Positions 1-12,746 of a DNA stretch of 64,000 nt are shown piece by piece; positions within the stretch are counted from its first letter, which is position 1; the number at the start of each line of letters is the position of its first letter. A program made the translations under genes and the position numbers. The notes below the pieces were generated by a model. The model had not been told where the DNA came from. It did no database searches and worked only from the letters and a program-made list of their open reading frames with translations. Source of the stretch: Octopus vulgaris (lineage: Eukaryota); contig OX597817.1 in the NCBI GenBank assembly GCA_951406725.2, forward strand, positions 120,900,001 to 120,964,000, given 5' to 3'.

Positions 1-1024
1 GTTTCGCTCCTCGATTACCAAATTTTCCTTAACACATCAACTGTGCTTTTTTCATGGTAAAACAATAGATATTTCTCTGAATGACAGCAGTTATACATTT
101 CCTAGATGCCTTCACTAAGCAGAATAAAGTCTTTGCCATTTGACCCTTCTAACCTCTTCTAGGCCTCCAGGGGCTGGAATGGAGATAACAGACTTCCAAC
201 GAAATCATTTGTTCTCAACAATATGTCTATCCTTCTGGCTGTTTTCAATAGTTATAAAAACAAGAACTCCATAAGCTAAAGGCAGTTACTTAGAGAGACC
301 ATCAGTGAGTGTGAACGTTATTATTGCACTTTCTTCAAACACTTCATTCATATATTTATATACATACAATCTCACCCTCCTCCAGCTGACAGTTTTATGT
401 ACTTTTCCATGACAGAAAATACACCTTTTGTGGCAGTTATAATGAAATTGCTTTCTTATATCAGAGTAATAATGCGTTTCAATGCAACATCTTAACCCAC
501 GGGGAATTACAGGGTACACCAGCTGGTATATATATATATATATATAAATGAAAAGGTTGGAGTCAGCAAGAAGGAGTATAGTTTGACATTTATTTTCAAT
601 CACTAGAATTCAATTATAACACTCGTACACTCAGTGGCTACAGCTAAATCCAGGCCATGACAGACAGAGAGGTTGCTCTTGAAGCCGAGAATTTAAATTT
701 ACGGAGACAATATTTATATATTGCCTGAGGAAGCACAACTATAATAATGCAGGAAAATGGTTGCATAACCAAACACCTGCATGCCTGGAGAACTATGTTG
801 CATAGAAATAATGGTAGTGATTGAGAATATATGTGCAGCCATACTCCTTCTTGCCGACTACAACATTTTCAAATATCTATTCACAATCTACAGAAGTCCA
901 AATGTAAATCTGGAAGTATAATACTACTACTGGATAGCACAGGGTGAAATCTGAAGGTGGATGAGCTTTATACTGTACTCAGCTACATTTTTAACAATAT
1001 ATATATATATATTTATATGTATAA

Positions 1025-1638
1025 GGTGCAGGAGTGGCTGTGTGGTAAGTAGCTTGTTTACCAACCACATTGTTCTGGGTTCAGTCCCACTGCATGGCAC
1101 CTTGGGCAAGTGTCTTCTACTATAGCATCGGGCCGACCAAAGCCTTGTGAGTGGATTTGGTAGACGGAAACTGAAAGAAGCCCGTCGTATATATATATAT
1201 ATATATATCATCATTATCATCATCATCATCGTTTAACGTCCATTCTCCATGCTAGCATGGGCTGGACGGCTCGACCGGGGATCTGGGAAGCCAGAAGGCT
1301 GCACCAGGCTCCAGTCTTATCTGGCAATGTTTCTACAGCTGGATGCCCTTCCTAACGCCAACCACTCCCTGAGTGTAGAGGGTGCTTTTTACGTGCCACC
1401 CATATATATATGCATGTGTATGTTTGTGTGTCTGTGTTTGTCCCCCTAGCATTGCTTGACAACCAATGCTGGTGTTTTTATGTCCCCGTTACCTAGCAGT
1501 TCGGCAAAAGAGACCGATAGAATAAGTACTGGGCTTACAAAAGAATAAGTCCCAGGGTGGAGTTGCTCGATTAAAGGCAGTGCTCTAGCATGGCCACAAT
1601 CAAATGACTAAAACAAGTAAAAGAGAGTAAAGAGAGTA
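1025..1638 (+). mobile_element. Family A tRNA-derived SINE, full length, interrupted by a LINE 3'-end insertion
   Basis: Head GGTGCAGGAGTGGCTGTGTGGTAAG with A-box and B-box-like GGTTCAGTCCC, then CORE-like GGCACCTTGGGCAAGTGTCTT, an internal (TA)n, and a second half ending AAACAAGTAAAAGAGAGTAAAGAG. The same sequence recurs more than 20 times in the window. Confidence 0.85.
1209..1400 (-). mobile_element. Family B: 5'-truncated 3' end of an RTE-like LINE with (GAT)n tail, nested in the SINE
   Basis: CATCATCATC-GTTTAACGTCC...GGATGCCCTTCCTAACGCCAACCAC...TTTTACGTGCCACC matches the terminal part of the longer copy at 28375-29131. Confidence 0.75.
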
Positions 1639-2169
1639 TATATAGATGTATAAGCATGCATATATCTATAACTATATATATATCATATGTATATCAATCA
1701 AAATTAGAATTTTTTCCTGCCAACATAACTTTGATAAATCTGAAAAATTAAAGATTTATTTTCCAGATATTTTGACTTGGAAGTCTTGTTTTAAGATACT
1801 GATTGAATATTCAGAATGAGATGGTTTATGAAGCATAAAGATCTGGTAGACTATGTTCCATTGGTGCTGTCTAATAGTACAGAAAGAAACTGAAAGAAAC
1901 TGTCTCTTGCTTTTAATCTAGATTTCAGGTTTGTCTCCCCTGCTTTTTATGTACTGTATTTTTTAGAAAAGACTTTTTTTTCTTTCTTGAGTACGATTTT
2001 AATTAATTAAATTTTGTCGCTTTTTTTCACACATTGCCTATCCAAAACAAATTCATAAGTTTGTCCTAAATGTCCGTACTTGTTTTCAGATTTTTAGTTG
2101 ACCCTTGTTTCATACATTCTGGGTAATGTGAAGCTTTCCTTTCATAAGTCCCAAGTTATAAAGGTTGCT

Positions 2170-2381
2170 CAAACTGGCCATATCAGGTCCAAATATTCTA
2201 CGTGTCTCATCATCAAACTTGTCAGATCTGGCCCCTAATACCTATTCTGCAATGTCATTCCAAAAATAAACAATCACATCAAAGAAATATTGAAACTGTA
2301 AGATAATGCTTGATTAATTAAAAACAATACAAGTATATAAGCATTACATTTGACTGAAGAATCTGAATGCTAAAGGCTTAA
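2170..2381 (-). mobile_element. piggyBac-like MITE, degenerate
   Basis: Ends in AATGCTAAAGGC-TTAA and is the reverse-complement homologue of 20328-20544. Confidence 0.55.
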
Positions 2382-2384
2382 ACA

Positions 2385-2935
2385 AGTGATTTCTATTATA
2401 ACCCTGGCCAACCAATTCCGTATCGGTGAATTTAGTAGACAGAAACTGTGCGGAAGTCACATATATAAAAACACACACATTTATATGTGTGTGTATTTCT
2501 TTGCATGTTCGGCCCATTTAAGAGTACCCTTGATGCGTTGAATGACCTGTTGAATCAAGTAAAACCAAAATCAAAGCTGTGGCCAGGGCCCCATGACTGG
2601 TTTCCATTCCAGTGGCACATAAAATGCAAAAATGCATCATTCGAACGTGGTCGACGCCAATGTCCCCTGACTGGCTCCCATGCTGGTCGCACGTAAAAAC
2701 CACCATCTGAATGTGGCTGACACCAGTACCCCCTGACTGGCTCCCATACATAAATACTTTTCTGAATGCTGGCAACCAATGTTGGTTTGTTTACATCCCT
2801 GAAACTTAGCGGTTCAGCAAAAGTGACAGACTTAAAAAGTAAGCTCTGAGGTGAATTTGTTCAACTAAACATTTTTGGTGGTGCCCCCTGCATGACTGAT
2901 GTCCATTGGTTAAAACAAGTAAAAGATAAAAGATA
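2385..2935 (+). mobile_element. Degenerate family A SINE containing family B/RTE 3'-UTR hairpin units (about 2510-2747)
   Basis: GAATTTAGTAGACAGAAACTG and AAACAAGTAAAAGATAAAAGA flank CTGACTGGCTCCCATGCTGGTCGCACGTAAAAACCACC units. Confidence 0.55.
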
Positions 2936-3484
2936 GAAACTAACCAGCTTTGCCTTGATTCAGAAGGCTTTTCATCAAGATTCATTCAAGCCATGATAAT
3001 CAAGTTACTTTGTTTATAAAACCCTGTGCTATTCACAACTCTGCAATTCACAACTCCTTCATATTTCAAGATAGTTGGGTATGATTTCAAGGAAATTTGC
3101 AATGAGTCCCATATTTTATGAATGGGAAAAATCCAGCATCTGTTTTTAATCAATATCTATATGAAATGTATAATTTTTCAAACAGAGAATATTATGTAAT
3201 TCCTTGATTCAGTTATCTGACATGAAAGCAAAATGATATTGGAAAACATGAATAAACCTTGGAAACATTTTGCAAAAAAATTTCCTTTCATACCATTCCA
3301 TTTGGTTCTATAAATAGGAGTAAAAATGGTGTTATTTAAAGTCAGTATTATTGAAATAAGAAATGAGTCAGATGTGCTGCAGTTATAATGACTATTAAAA
3401 CAGTTTTTTTTTCTCTCTTAAACAGATTATTTCAATACATAGATTGAAAAGGATGATTAAAAAAGGGATATTTTATATTTCACT

Positions 3485-3556
3485 CTATGTTTGTATGTGC
3501 ATATATATATATATATATATTTACACATATATGTACATATATATACATGATCTTAC

Positions 3557-3597
<41 letters not shown>

Positions 3598-3643
3598 ATG
3601 TATATATATATATATATATATATATGTATGCATATATGTATGC

Positions 3644-3676
<33 letters not shown>

Positions 3677-3935
3677 ATATATATATGATATATATATCTT
3701 TGTTTGGATTCACTATATATATAATTATATATAATATACATATATATATACATATACACACACATATCTATATCTATTTGTCTATCTATCTATCTATATA
3801 TATATACACACACAAATATAAATATATATGTACATATGTATGTGTATAAATTTATATACATACATATATAACCTCTATTTATCTATCTGCCTATATACAT
3901 ATGTATAAATTTGCGTGTACACATATATATATATA

Positions 3936-3966
<31 letters not shown>

Positions 3967-4182
3967 GTTTATGTAAGTGTATGTGCACACATGCACACAC
4001 TCAATCACACACACACATTTATGGTGTATGTGCACTTATGTATATATGTATAGACACACGGACATACACATAGTATATATACAGGCACATATATACATAT
4101 GCGTGTGTGTGTGTACATATATATATATATATATATGCGTGTGTGTGTGCGTGTGTGTACACACACACACACACACATATAT
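3485..4182. repeat. Compound (TA)n/(CA)n/(TACA)n microsatellite field (representative; similar fields at 6420-6742, 13620-13970, 24125-24570, 34480-34750, 35220-35530, 39020-39420, 50570-50870, 58540-58945)
   Basis: Directly visible dinucleotide and tetranucleotide runs. Confidence 0.95.
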
Positions 4183-5078
4183 GAATTTATAAACCCACAC
4201 ATAGGCCTCAATGTACATAGATTATTAATAGATGCTCCATGTGTTCTTCCTACCATTCGTACAATATGTGCTGAGCGAAACCTCAGTAGATAGTCATGTT
4301 AATACAGAAGTGCTTGAGCAAACCACATTTATCTCAATCTTTGCAACTAATCAAATCCCTTGTTACTATTTCTCCTGAAGTAACTGAACTCGAACTAAAC
4401 AAGACACAGCTAATACAGACAGAATATATTATTTTATCTCTGTAACCATAGATTTGAGAGGTAACAAACAAAATTGCAAATGATAGCTTTTTTAATTGGC
4501 AATATAATATATATAAGAAGTGTTAGAGCAAGAGAGGGAGAATGAGAAACGGAGACAGAGTGAGTGAGAGAGAGAGAGGGAGAGATATATTTGTTCAGAT
4601 GCATACTTAGATAGAAACATGTGCAAATCTCTCCATGCTCTCTCATACACAGACACTGAGAAATACGCAAACACAGACATAATTAACATACAAAAGTCTG
4701 TTCTGTATGATTAAGCATAAAGTGGAGAGACTTGTGCATGCTTTGTTCAAAGAGAGATAAAGAGAGAAGAAAGAATATATTTTCAAAGCATACGAATATG
4801 TGCAGGCATTGGTGTGAGGTTAAGTTGTTTGTTTATGAACTACATGGTTGTGGGTTCAGTTCCACTACATGGCACCTTGAGCGAGTGCCTTCTGCTACAG
4901 CCACAGGCAGCAAAAACCTTGCAAGTGGATTTAGTTGTGGAAACTGAACGAACCTCATCTTATGTGTGTGCGTATATATATATATATATATTTACTTGTT
5001 TCATATACATGTATATATATATAAATACATACATACATACGTACGTACATACATACATACATATATATATATATGTGA

Positions 5079-5236
5079 TGGGCTTCTTTCAGTTTCCATC
5101 TACCAAATCTACTAACAAGGCTTTGGTTGGCCCAAGGCTAAAGTAGAAGACACTTGCTAAAGGTGCCATGCAGTGGGACTGAACTTGGAACCATGTGGTT
5201 GGGATCAAGCTTCTTACCACACAGCCATACCTGTAC
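5079..5236 (-). mobile_element. Family A SINE head
   Basis: GGGCTTCTTTCAGTTTCC...GTGGGACTGAAC...CTTACCACACAGCC. Confidence 0.75.
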
Positions 5237-5277
5237 CTATACATTTATTTTATATACATATGATTTCAATGACTGTC

Positions 5278-5480
5278 ATCACCATCATCATCATCATCAT
5301 TTTACTGTCCACTTTCCCATACTTGCATAGGTTGGAATGAATTTGTTGAGGCAGATTCTCTACAGCTGGATGCTCTTCCTGTCTCCAAACCTGACTTGTT
5401 TTCAAGTAAGGTAATATTATTTCATGACCAGACATGTTTTCATGAAATATTAGAAACAAAGGACACTGCTTTTATAGAAG
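5278..5480 (-). mobile_element. Family E repeat sharing the (GAT)n tail and the GCTGGATGC(C/T)CTTCCT core with family B
   Basis: CATCATCAT...CTACAGCTGGATGCTCTTCCTG...CAAGTAAGGTAATAT. Related copies near 23520, 30285, 33190, 36095 and 44900. Confidence 0.5.
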
Positions 5481-6742
5481 TGACACTTGCAAACAACATG
5501 TGAAAGTAAGAAGACAGCACCCCCTCACCTGTTGCATCCTTGTCCCATTTTTAAAATTCTTTTTTATATACCTATATATACCTATATATATATATATATA
5601 TATATGGTGAGCTGCTTTCAATTTGCTTGTGTCAACTCCACTCTCAAGGTTTTGCTCAATCTGGGGCTATTGTAGAAGATACTTACTCAAGGTGCAATTC
5701 AGTGGGACTGAACTTGGAACAATGTGATTATGAAACAAACTAGTTACCCCATAACCATACTGAAAATATAATCGCGGTTTTATTTTGCACCACTGTGTAA
5801 CCTCATTGATATGAATTAATTCAATATCAATTTTTTAAAAACACAGTCATATAATGAAAATAGCAAAATCATTTCAAGTCATACCATATCGTTTTTAAAA
5901 GTGAAAGACACATTGCATAGTTTGGTCCTTGTAGATTATCCTTGATATATTGTTCGTGATATATTTATTATATCTGGAGACCCCAATGCCTAGGCACATA
6001 ATGCCTGGAAAATTTTCTTTTTTAGAAAACCATTACACTTAGAGAACAGAAAAAGAAAAGTGAAGTAAAAGAACCTTGTCGAGTCTACTGGAAGAAACAC
6101 TCTACTTACTAAAATAAAAGAGGAAAAAAAACTAAACTAAAAAAATCAGTTAGATATTGGGATTGTTTGGCCCAATTACAAGTGAATACAGAGAGGATTA
6201 GAAAGAGAAAAACCATGTTATATATATTTGAAAGCATAAAAACCACTAAATCCATTCACTATCAATATCTATGACAGGAAATCTGTCACCTATGACTGGC
6301 AGGCCTGAAAGCTGCAATTTGATATATGCTGCTATGGGTAGTGTTGTTTTTTCTTTACACTTTCTTGAAAAAAAGAGAAAAAAACCATTCTTCTCAAAAA
6401 GTAAATGTTACTTAATTTATAAACTATACATACATAGACACACATAACACACATATATATTACATACATGCATACATACATATATATGTGTGTATATGTT
6501 TATACACACACACATACATATACATGTATATATGTGTGTATGTATGTATATATATATATCCATATATGTATGTGAATATATATGTATAAATATATGTATG
6601 TATATATATATATATATATATATATGTATTATATATATATACATGATATATATATATATATAATATATGTATGTGATATATATATGTATAAATATATGTA
6701 TGTATATATATATATTTATACATATATATATATATATATATA

Positions 6743-7139
6743 TGATGGTTGTCTACTCCTTATGCAAAGTTTGACCACCTCCTGTACCTACTTCTTAGAA
6801 CCATCATGGCATCTGATGTGGCTTTTTAAACCAGACAATGTTCTGAAAAGAAACCCACATAGATTGCATATCTGATGTAGACCACCATGACCTGCAGGTA
6901 ATTTCTGATCTTTGTGAATTTTAAAATGTCTTTTGAGGCCTCCGTTTGATTTACAAACCTTCTGGCATACATTGTATTCAAAGGTGTGCACAGACACATA
7001 GGTAGAGTAGTTGGTGGAGGTTCATTTTCCATGGGTTCACAAATGGGATTTCAGGGATTTGAGCCCATCAAAAGAAAAGCATGGTCTGTCACAAACTGTG
7101 CTCACAAAAAGGTCATCGTCATTCATCATAACATTCTTC

Positions 7140-7144
<5 letters not shown>
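6743..7144 (-). pseudogene. Decayed ORF end with three tandem C2H2-type zinc fingers, probably a LINE (RTE-type) 3' end
   Basis: One minus-strand frame reads FVSTVCDRPCFSFDGLKSLKSHL*TH...FEYNVCQKVCKSNGGLKRHFKIH...QICNLCGFLFRTLSGLKSHIRCH. It has two in-frame stops, no TGEKP linkers, a ~45-nt 3' tail running into (TA)n, and (TA)n on both sides. Confidence 0.65.
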
Positions 7145-7180
<36 letters not shown>

Positions 7181-7201
7181 CGATGATGATGATGATAATG
7201 A

Positions 7202-7239
<38 letters not shown>

Positions 7240-7241
<2 letters not shown>

Positions 7242-7403
7242 GACGGGCTTCTTTCAGTTTCCGTCTACCAAATACACTCACAAGGCTTTGGTCGGCCCGA
7301 GGCTATAGTAGAAGACACTTGCCCACGGTGCCACGCAGTGGGACTGAACCCGGAACCATGTGGTTGGTAAACAAGCTACTTACCACACAGCCACTCCTGC
7401 ACC
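7240..7403 (-). mobile_element. Family A SINE head, little diverged
   Basis: Near-consensus match with CpGs retained. Confidence 0.85.
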
Positions 7404-7405
7404 TT

Positions 7406-7465
<60 letters not shown>

Positions 7466-7473
7466 GAATATGC

Positions 7474-7508
<35 letters not shown>

Positions 7509-7539
7509 TATATATATAAATATGCATATATATGTAAAC

Positions 7540-7737
7540 CTGTGTCATGTAACTGGTACTTATACTGGTGGCACTTAAAAAGTACCCATCACACTCTTGG
7601 AGTAGTTGGTATTAGGAAGGGTATCCAGCCATAGAAACCATGCCAAATCAGACTGCAACTTGGTACAGCTCTCCAGCTTACCACTTCCAGTCAAACTAAC
7701 TCATGCTAGTATGAAAAGCAGATACTAAATGATGATG
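7540..7737 (+). mobile_element. Family B/RTE 3' end
   Basis: GGTGGCACTTAAAAAGTACCC...GGAAGGGTATCCAGCC...AAATGATGATG. Confidence 0.6.
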
Positions 7738-7744
7738 GTACCAC

Positions 7745-9270
7745 CCATTAGCATGCCAGGCAAAATGCTTAGTAACATTTCATCTGTCTTAACATTTTGA
7801 GTTCAAATTCTACCAAGGTCGACTTTATATTTCATGCAATGAAATAAGTACCAGTTATGTACTTTGGTTGATGTAATCAACGATCCCCCTTCCCCGAAAT
7901 TTCAGTTCTTGTACCTATAGTAGAAAGGTGTATTATCAATATTATTAAGGTTGTGAGCCGGTAATATCGTTTGCACACTGGACAAAATACTTAGCAGTAT
8001 TTCTTCTGACTTTAGGTCCCGAGTTCAATTCTTGCTGAGGTCAACTTTACCTTTCATTGTTTTAGGGTCAATAAAAAACAGATGACAGAGGCTTGAGAAA
8101 TGTGATGCATTGCTGCACTCAAAAAGACCCACTCACCACAACAGAATTAAGATCCTGAAACCAAGGTGCCATGTAAAAAGTATTGATGTGGGTGCTGGTG
8201 TCACTTTAAAAAGCACTGGTAATGGTACCATGTAAAAAATACCCAGTATACTCTGTAAAGTGGTTGGCATTTGGAAGGGCATCCAAACCTAAAATCCAAG
8301 TCAAAACAAACTATGGATGCTGGTTTGGCCCCTGACCTTGCCAGCTCCTGTCATGCTGTCTAACCTATTTCAGCATGGAAAAGGGATGTTAAATGTTCAT
8401 AATGATGTCTGATGACAAAAAAAAAGTACCAGCTGAGCACAGGGGTTGATGTAACCAACTAGTCCTATCCCTGCCCCAAAAATTTCAGGCTTTGTGCCTA
8501 TAGTGGTTATTAATTTTTTTAATTTTTGTGCCTCTTAACATTGTGAGTCTAAATTCCACCAATGTTGGCTTAACTTTCATTTCTTTTTTGTGAGGTCTAT
8601 AAAATAAGTACCAACTCCCTTTTATCTAAGAAATCATTATTATTATTATTAAGACAGTGAGTCGGCAGAATTGATAGCATGCAGACAAAAATGCTTTGCA
8701 GCGTTCCTTCCAACTTTATATTTTGGTTCAAATTCCATCTAGGCTGACTTCCATCTTTCAGGATCGATAACATAAGTACCAGTTGAACACTGAGGTCAAT
8801 GTAATCAACTGGCCTCATCACCCAGAATTGCTGGACTTGTGCCAAATTTTTATTATTATTACATGCTTTTGTAGAAGTTGACTCCAAGTCTCACCCAGAG
8901 ACCTCAAGAGACAACAAATTAGAAGTTCAAATTGGTATTATGACTAGGGCAGTATATCACCATTACCATCATCATCAGTCATGTTTTAGTAGTATTAAAG
9001 TTGGTATTTTTACAGAATATTTTCATTCATTTTTATACACCCATTATTGATTTCTTTTACTTATTCATATACGGAGAAGATGTGATATAATTCTCTCTTT
9101 TGCTCAGTGGCATTTGTTTTATCTTTACATTCTGAGTTCATATTCCACCAAGGCTGACTTTTCCTTTCAGGGTTGATAAAATAAGTAACAGTTGAACCCT
9201 AGGGTTGATGTAATTGACTAACCCTACCCTCTACCCAACAAATTTCAGGCCTTGTACCTATAGAAGAAAG
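7745..9270 (+). mobile_element. Cluster of 4-5 family C tRNA-SINE copies; one is interrupted by an RTE 3' end at about 8082-8416
   Basis: Repeated TTCTGAGTTCAAATTC...GGTCGACTTT...TTTCA...ATAAGTACCAGTT...GGGTTGATGTAATC motifs near 7800, 8020, 8730 and 9135. Confidence 0.65.
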
Positions 9271-9293
9271 AATTATTATTACTATTATGATTA

Positions 9294-10408
9294 CTAGCAA
9301 ATCTACCCATCTATGATGGAGGCATAAAATGAGGAGGGAAGTCATAACAGCAGTATGTATTGAGAAATGTGTAAATGGACTTGATAGATTACAGAGTGAT
9401 GTCTTAGAGAGATCACATTATCACTAGTGACACACCATTCTATTGCAGCTATGTGACATGTGTTTGCAACTAATTGACAGGTGATGACGATTCACTCCCA
9501 AACTGAAATAGGCTCCCAGCCTCTGTATCATGAATGGTTATGTGGACCACTCCTAATGAAAGCCAGAGATTCCTTTGACCACTACTAAAAGGTATCAAGA
9601 AAAAATGTTATTTAGATATACTTTTATTTTAGTTGTTTACACTATATTATGCTTGTTTATACTCTTACACATTCAAAGTTCACAAATTTCCTTATTTAAA
9701 TTATGAATTGTATTCCTTTGGATAATATCAATATTAAAAAACTTCTTTGTGGACGATATTTTCTGTTTGGTCGACACTAATTTTCAGATTACTGGAGTCC
9801 GTTGCTCTACTCATAGTGATGTATAACTGGCTAAAATACACCTACTTGATCTGAAGTCTGGTCCTGTGCCTTGTTTGCTGTAATGTGTGAGTAGTATCTT
9901 TAGGATTGCAAAAGATCAAACTAAAACCTACCTTTCACTGTTCTATGTGAATAATGTCTGGACATTCTGGTACCATGGGTTATTTTGATTGACAAAACTG
10001 AGATGTAAACAACAACTACTTAGCTGTTATGAAACATGCTCAAGAATGACACAGTTCAATAACCAATTAATAATCACACACACTATTTACTGACACACAT
10101 TTTTCCATTTTATTTTTGCTTTTAACTGTCCTTGCGACCCCCTTCGTATCTACGATGGGGCAACGAACTATACGATAGAAATCCAGAGTTACTCGTGTTT
10201 GGTGAATTTTTAATAAAAATGCGAAGATGGTTTATCACTTCAAAAATTGATATCCACGAAATAATCATACTTTCTGATTTTTTAATGCTGTTGACCGTCT
10301 TTGTAATCCCCCAAAATATCATAACCACTGGTCCAGCGATCTGGCCATGAAGAGGGAACAGACAAACAGACGGACAGACAGATGGACATAATATCCATTA
10401 TAGTAAGA
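9294..10408 (-). mobile_element. Non-autonomous Helitron (~1.1 kb)
   Basis: On the minus strand it starts TC (GA at 10407-10408) followed by (CTGT)n, and ends CTAG (9294-9297) preceded by the hairpin CCATC-n3-GATGG. Flanks are A|T with no TSD. Confidence 0.65.
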
Positions 10409-11149
10409 TTTGTAGTAGTGGTTATAGTGGTTGTATAAGTGTTATTGTTATGATCATTGACCGTCTATTTTGCACCCTGTTTCCCACCTAAAACCACTGA
10501 TTTATTCTTTATCTGTACTCTGTGACTACCATCTCTATTTTAATTATTTATCTTATTTCAATACTGACGTTTTTGATAGAGAGTGTGTATGCGTCTGTGT
10601 GCATTTATGTACATAAGCGTGTGCATGTTTTTATGTAAGTGTGTGTGTTTGTGTGAATGTGGATATGAATGTTTGTATATACATTGAACCATATCTTTTC
10701 CCATCCTCTGACCTCACAATACATGAATGTACATAGGTAGATGTCTATGTGCGTGAATATTTGTGGGTGTGTGCCCATGCTTGTACTTGTATCTATGTGG
10801 CTGTGTGCAAGAGTGCACAAGTTTTGAATGTGTATCTGTGTGTCAGTGTGTGTGTATTACATACTAAATGTGTTATATTATGATTGCTATTACTGTTGTT
10901 ATTACCATTACTTATAATAATTAGTTGTATGTCCGTACACATATAAATACAGTTAAACTCACACACATACACAAATATGTGTGTATTTGTATACATACAC
11001 ATACATATTTTTATACATTGATATGTTTTCTCTGCTGTGCTTGAGAAAACACATCACATTAGGTAAATATGTGGTTGTCTTTGCAAACAGACCACCTTCC
11101 CTACATCCCACTTCAGCTGAGTGTTTCTAATCTTGTAGGCTCGTGGGTG

Positions 11150-11372
11150 CAGTGCCAAGTAAGAGCACCTGTGCCGGAGCTGTGTAAAAGCAACCAGTTA
11201 CACTCTACAAAGTGGTTGGTGTGAGTAAGGACCGTAGAAATCCAGCCATAGAAATCCTGCCAAAACAGACATGAAACCTGGGCAGCTATCTCTTTAGCTG
11301 AATAGCTCCTGTCAAATCATCCAACCCATGCTAGCATAGAAAACAGACATTAACTGAGGATGATGATGATGA
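11150..11372 (+). mobile_element. Family B/RTE 3' end
   Basis: AAAGTGGTTGG...CCAACCCATGCTAGCAT...GATGATGATGAT. Confidence 0.6.
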
Positions 11373-11576
11373 TATATGTACACACAATAGTGTCAAATCA
11401 CTGGCTGTCCCAGCATTCCTTGCACTAATGAATCAAGTCTTTAGAACACATAATTGTCATAAAGGAATTGTACTACGAGGAAACACTAAAGTGATTAGCA
11501 TAATCATGTTCATATCTACCAGAATGTATTTAGAATAAATATGCAAGTCATCATATATATAAATATATATAAATAA

Positions 11577-11974
11577 CTACAGGATAGCCCAGCGTTGCTC
11601 GGTTTGTTTTCTTTTCAACCCTTTAGAATTGGAATTTTTGAAAAGTAAAAATTTTGCATTATGTAGTTTGTTATTATCTTTAAGAGAACCTTTTTCTGGT
11701 TGAAATACACTGAAAAATGGCGACACAGCAGTAAAAAAATCGTAAAAAATAGGGATTTTCATAGAATTAAAGCACCTTTTTGATGTAAATAACTTTTGGT
11801 GTTAACATGGTACGATTTGAATTTTTTCTTCTACGGAATAAAGACCAAGCCTTCTTCTATCATACTCTCAATTTTGGTCAACTTGCGCCGCAGGGTCTTG
11901 GAGGAGATAGTGCTAGTTGAAGGCTACCAAACCTGCCATACACACACAGACAACTTCAGCGTTATATATATAGA
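11577..11974 (-). mobile_element. Non-autonomous Helitron
   Basis: Minus-strand 5' TCTATATATATAAC...(TG)n, 3' GC hairpin region CCGAGCAACGCTGGG and a degenerate CTAG. Termini shared with 37133-37438. Confidence 0.7.
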
Positions 11975-11976
11975 TA

Positions 11977-12430
11977 AGGGTGATTTTTTTGGCAATTTTA
12001 CAATCTAAAAGCAAAGATATATACATCAGCACATGTATTGCTAGAATTAAGGGTCAAAACAACTCATAGCCATTAGAAAGCACTTATCTCAATGCTTGAC
12101 AAGGGAGGCAAGCTCCCTCAGCATCTAGGCACAGCCAGATCACCAATGATTTTGCATTTTATTAATGCTCATCAGTGGCACTCACCCAGCCCCTAGGATT
12201 ATACTCAACTCACCTTGTCAGTTTATGAGATTATTATAGAAATCATATGCTGATATCATAAATGGTAAAAGTGAAAATTATAAATCGTAAGGGTGGATTT
12301 TTTGCAATTTTACAGCCTAAAGGCAGAAATATATATGCCACTAAAGTGACAAAGGGCACTAGTCAGTACATGTATTGCTAGAAATAAGAGTAAAAAAAAA
12401 AACTCATAGCCACTAGAAAACATTTATCTG
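11977..12430 (+). repeat. Imperfect direct repeat (~110-140 bp; copies at 11977-12088 and 12289-12429)
   Basis: AAGGGTG..ATTTTTT..GCAATTTTACA...CATGTATTGCTAGAA...AACTCATAGCCA.TAGAAA occurs twice. Confidence 0.7.
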
Positions 12431-12711
12431 TTATATTTATCTCTTATATGTTAGTTGCAGTATCCAGTGTGTCTAGCCTAGGTTCCTGGAAATTATGAGA
12501 AAAATCATATAACCTTTCATATAACCTTTGACCGTTTCCTTAAAAAGCCGTAGCCTTATGCAAAAGTTGAACTATGTAGGTGTAAAATTGAAGTTTTCAA
12601 GTTGGCATATATATATATACACTTTTATAAATGTCTGCAATGCTATGCTTATAATTTATACATATACATACATATATATATACATACATATATATACATA
12701 TATATATACAT

Positions 12712-12746
<35 letters not shown>

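Noticed and set aside
720-822. CTGAGGA...GAAA and CTGGAGA...GAAA hammerhead-like pair
   Set aside because: Stems II and III pair poorly; too degenerate to call.
3444-4293. Numerous [18 protein letters not shown] ORFs here and throughout the window
   Set aside because: They are translations of (TA)n and (CA)n microsatellites, which lack stop codons.
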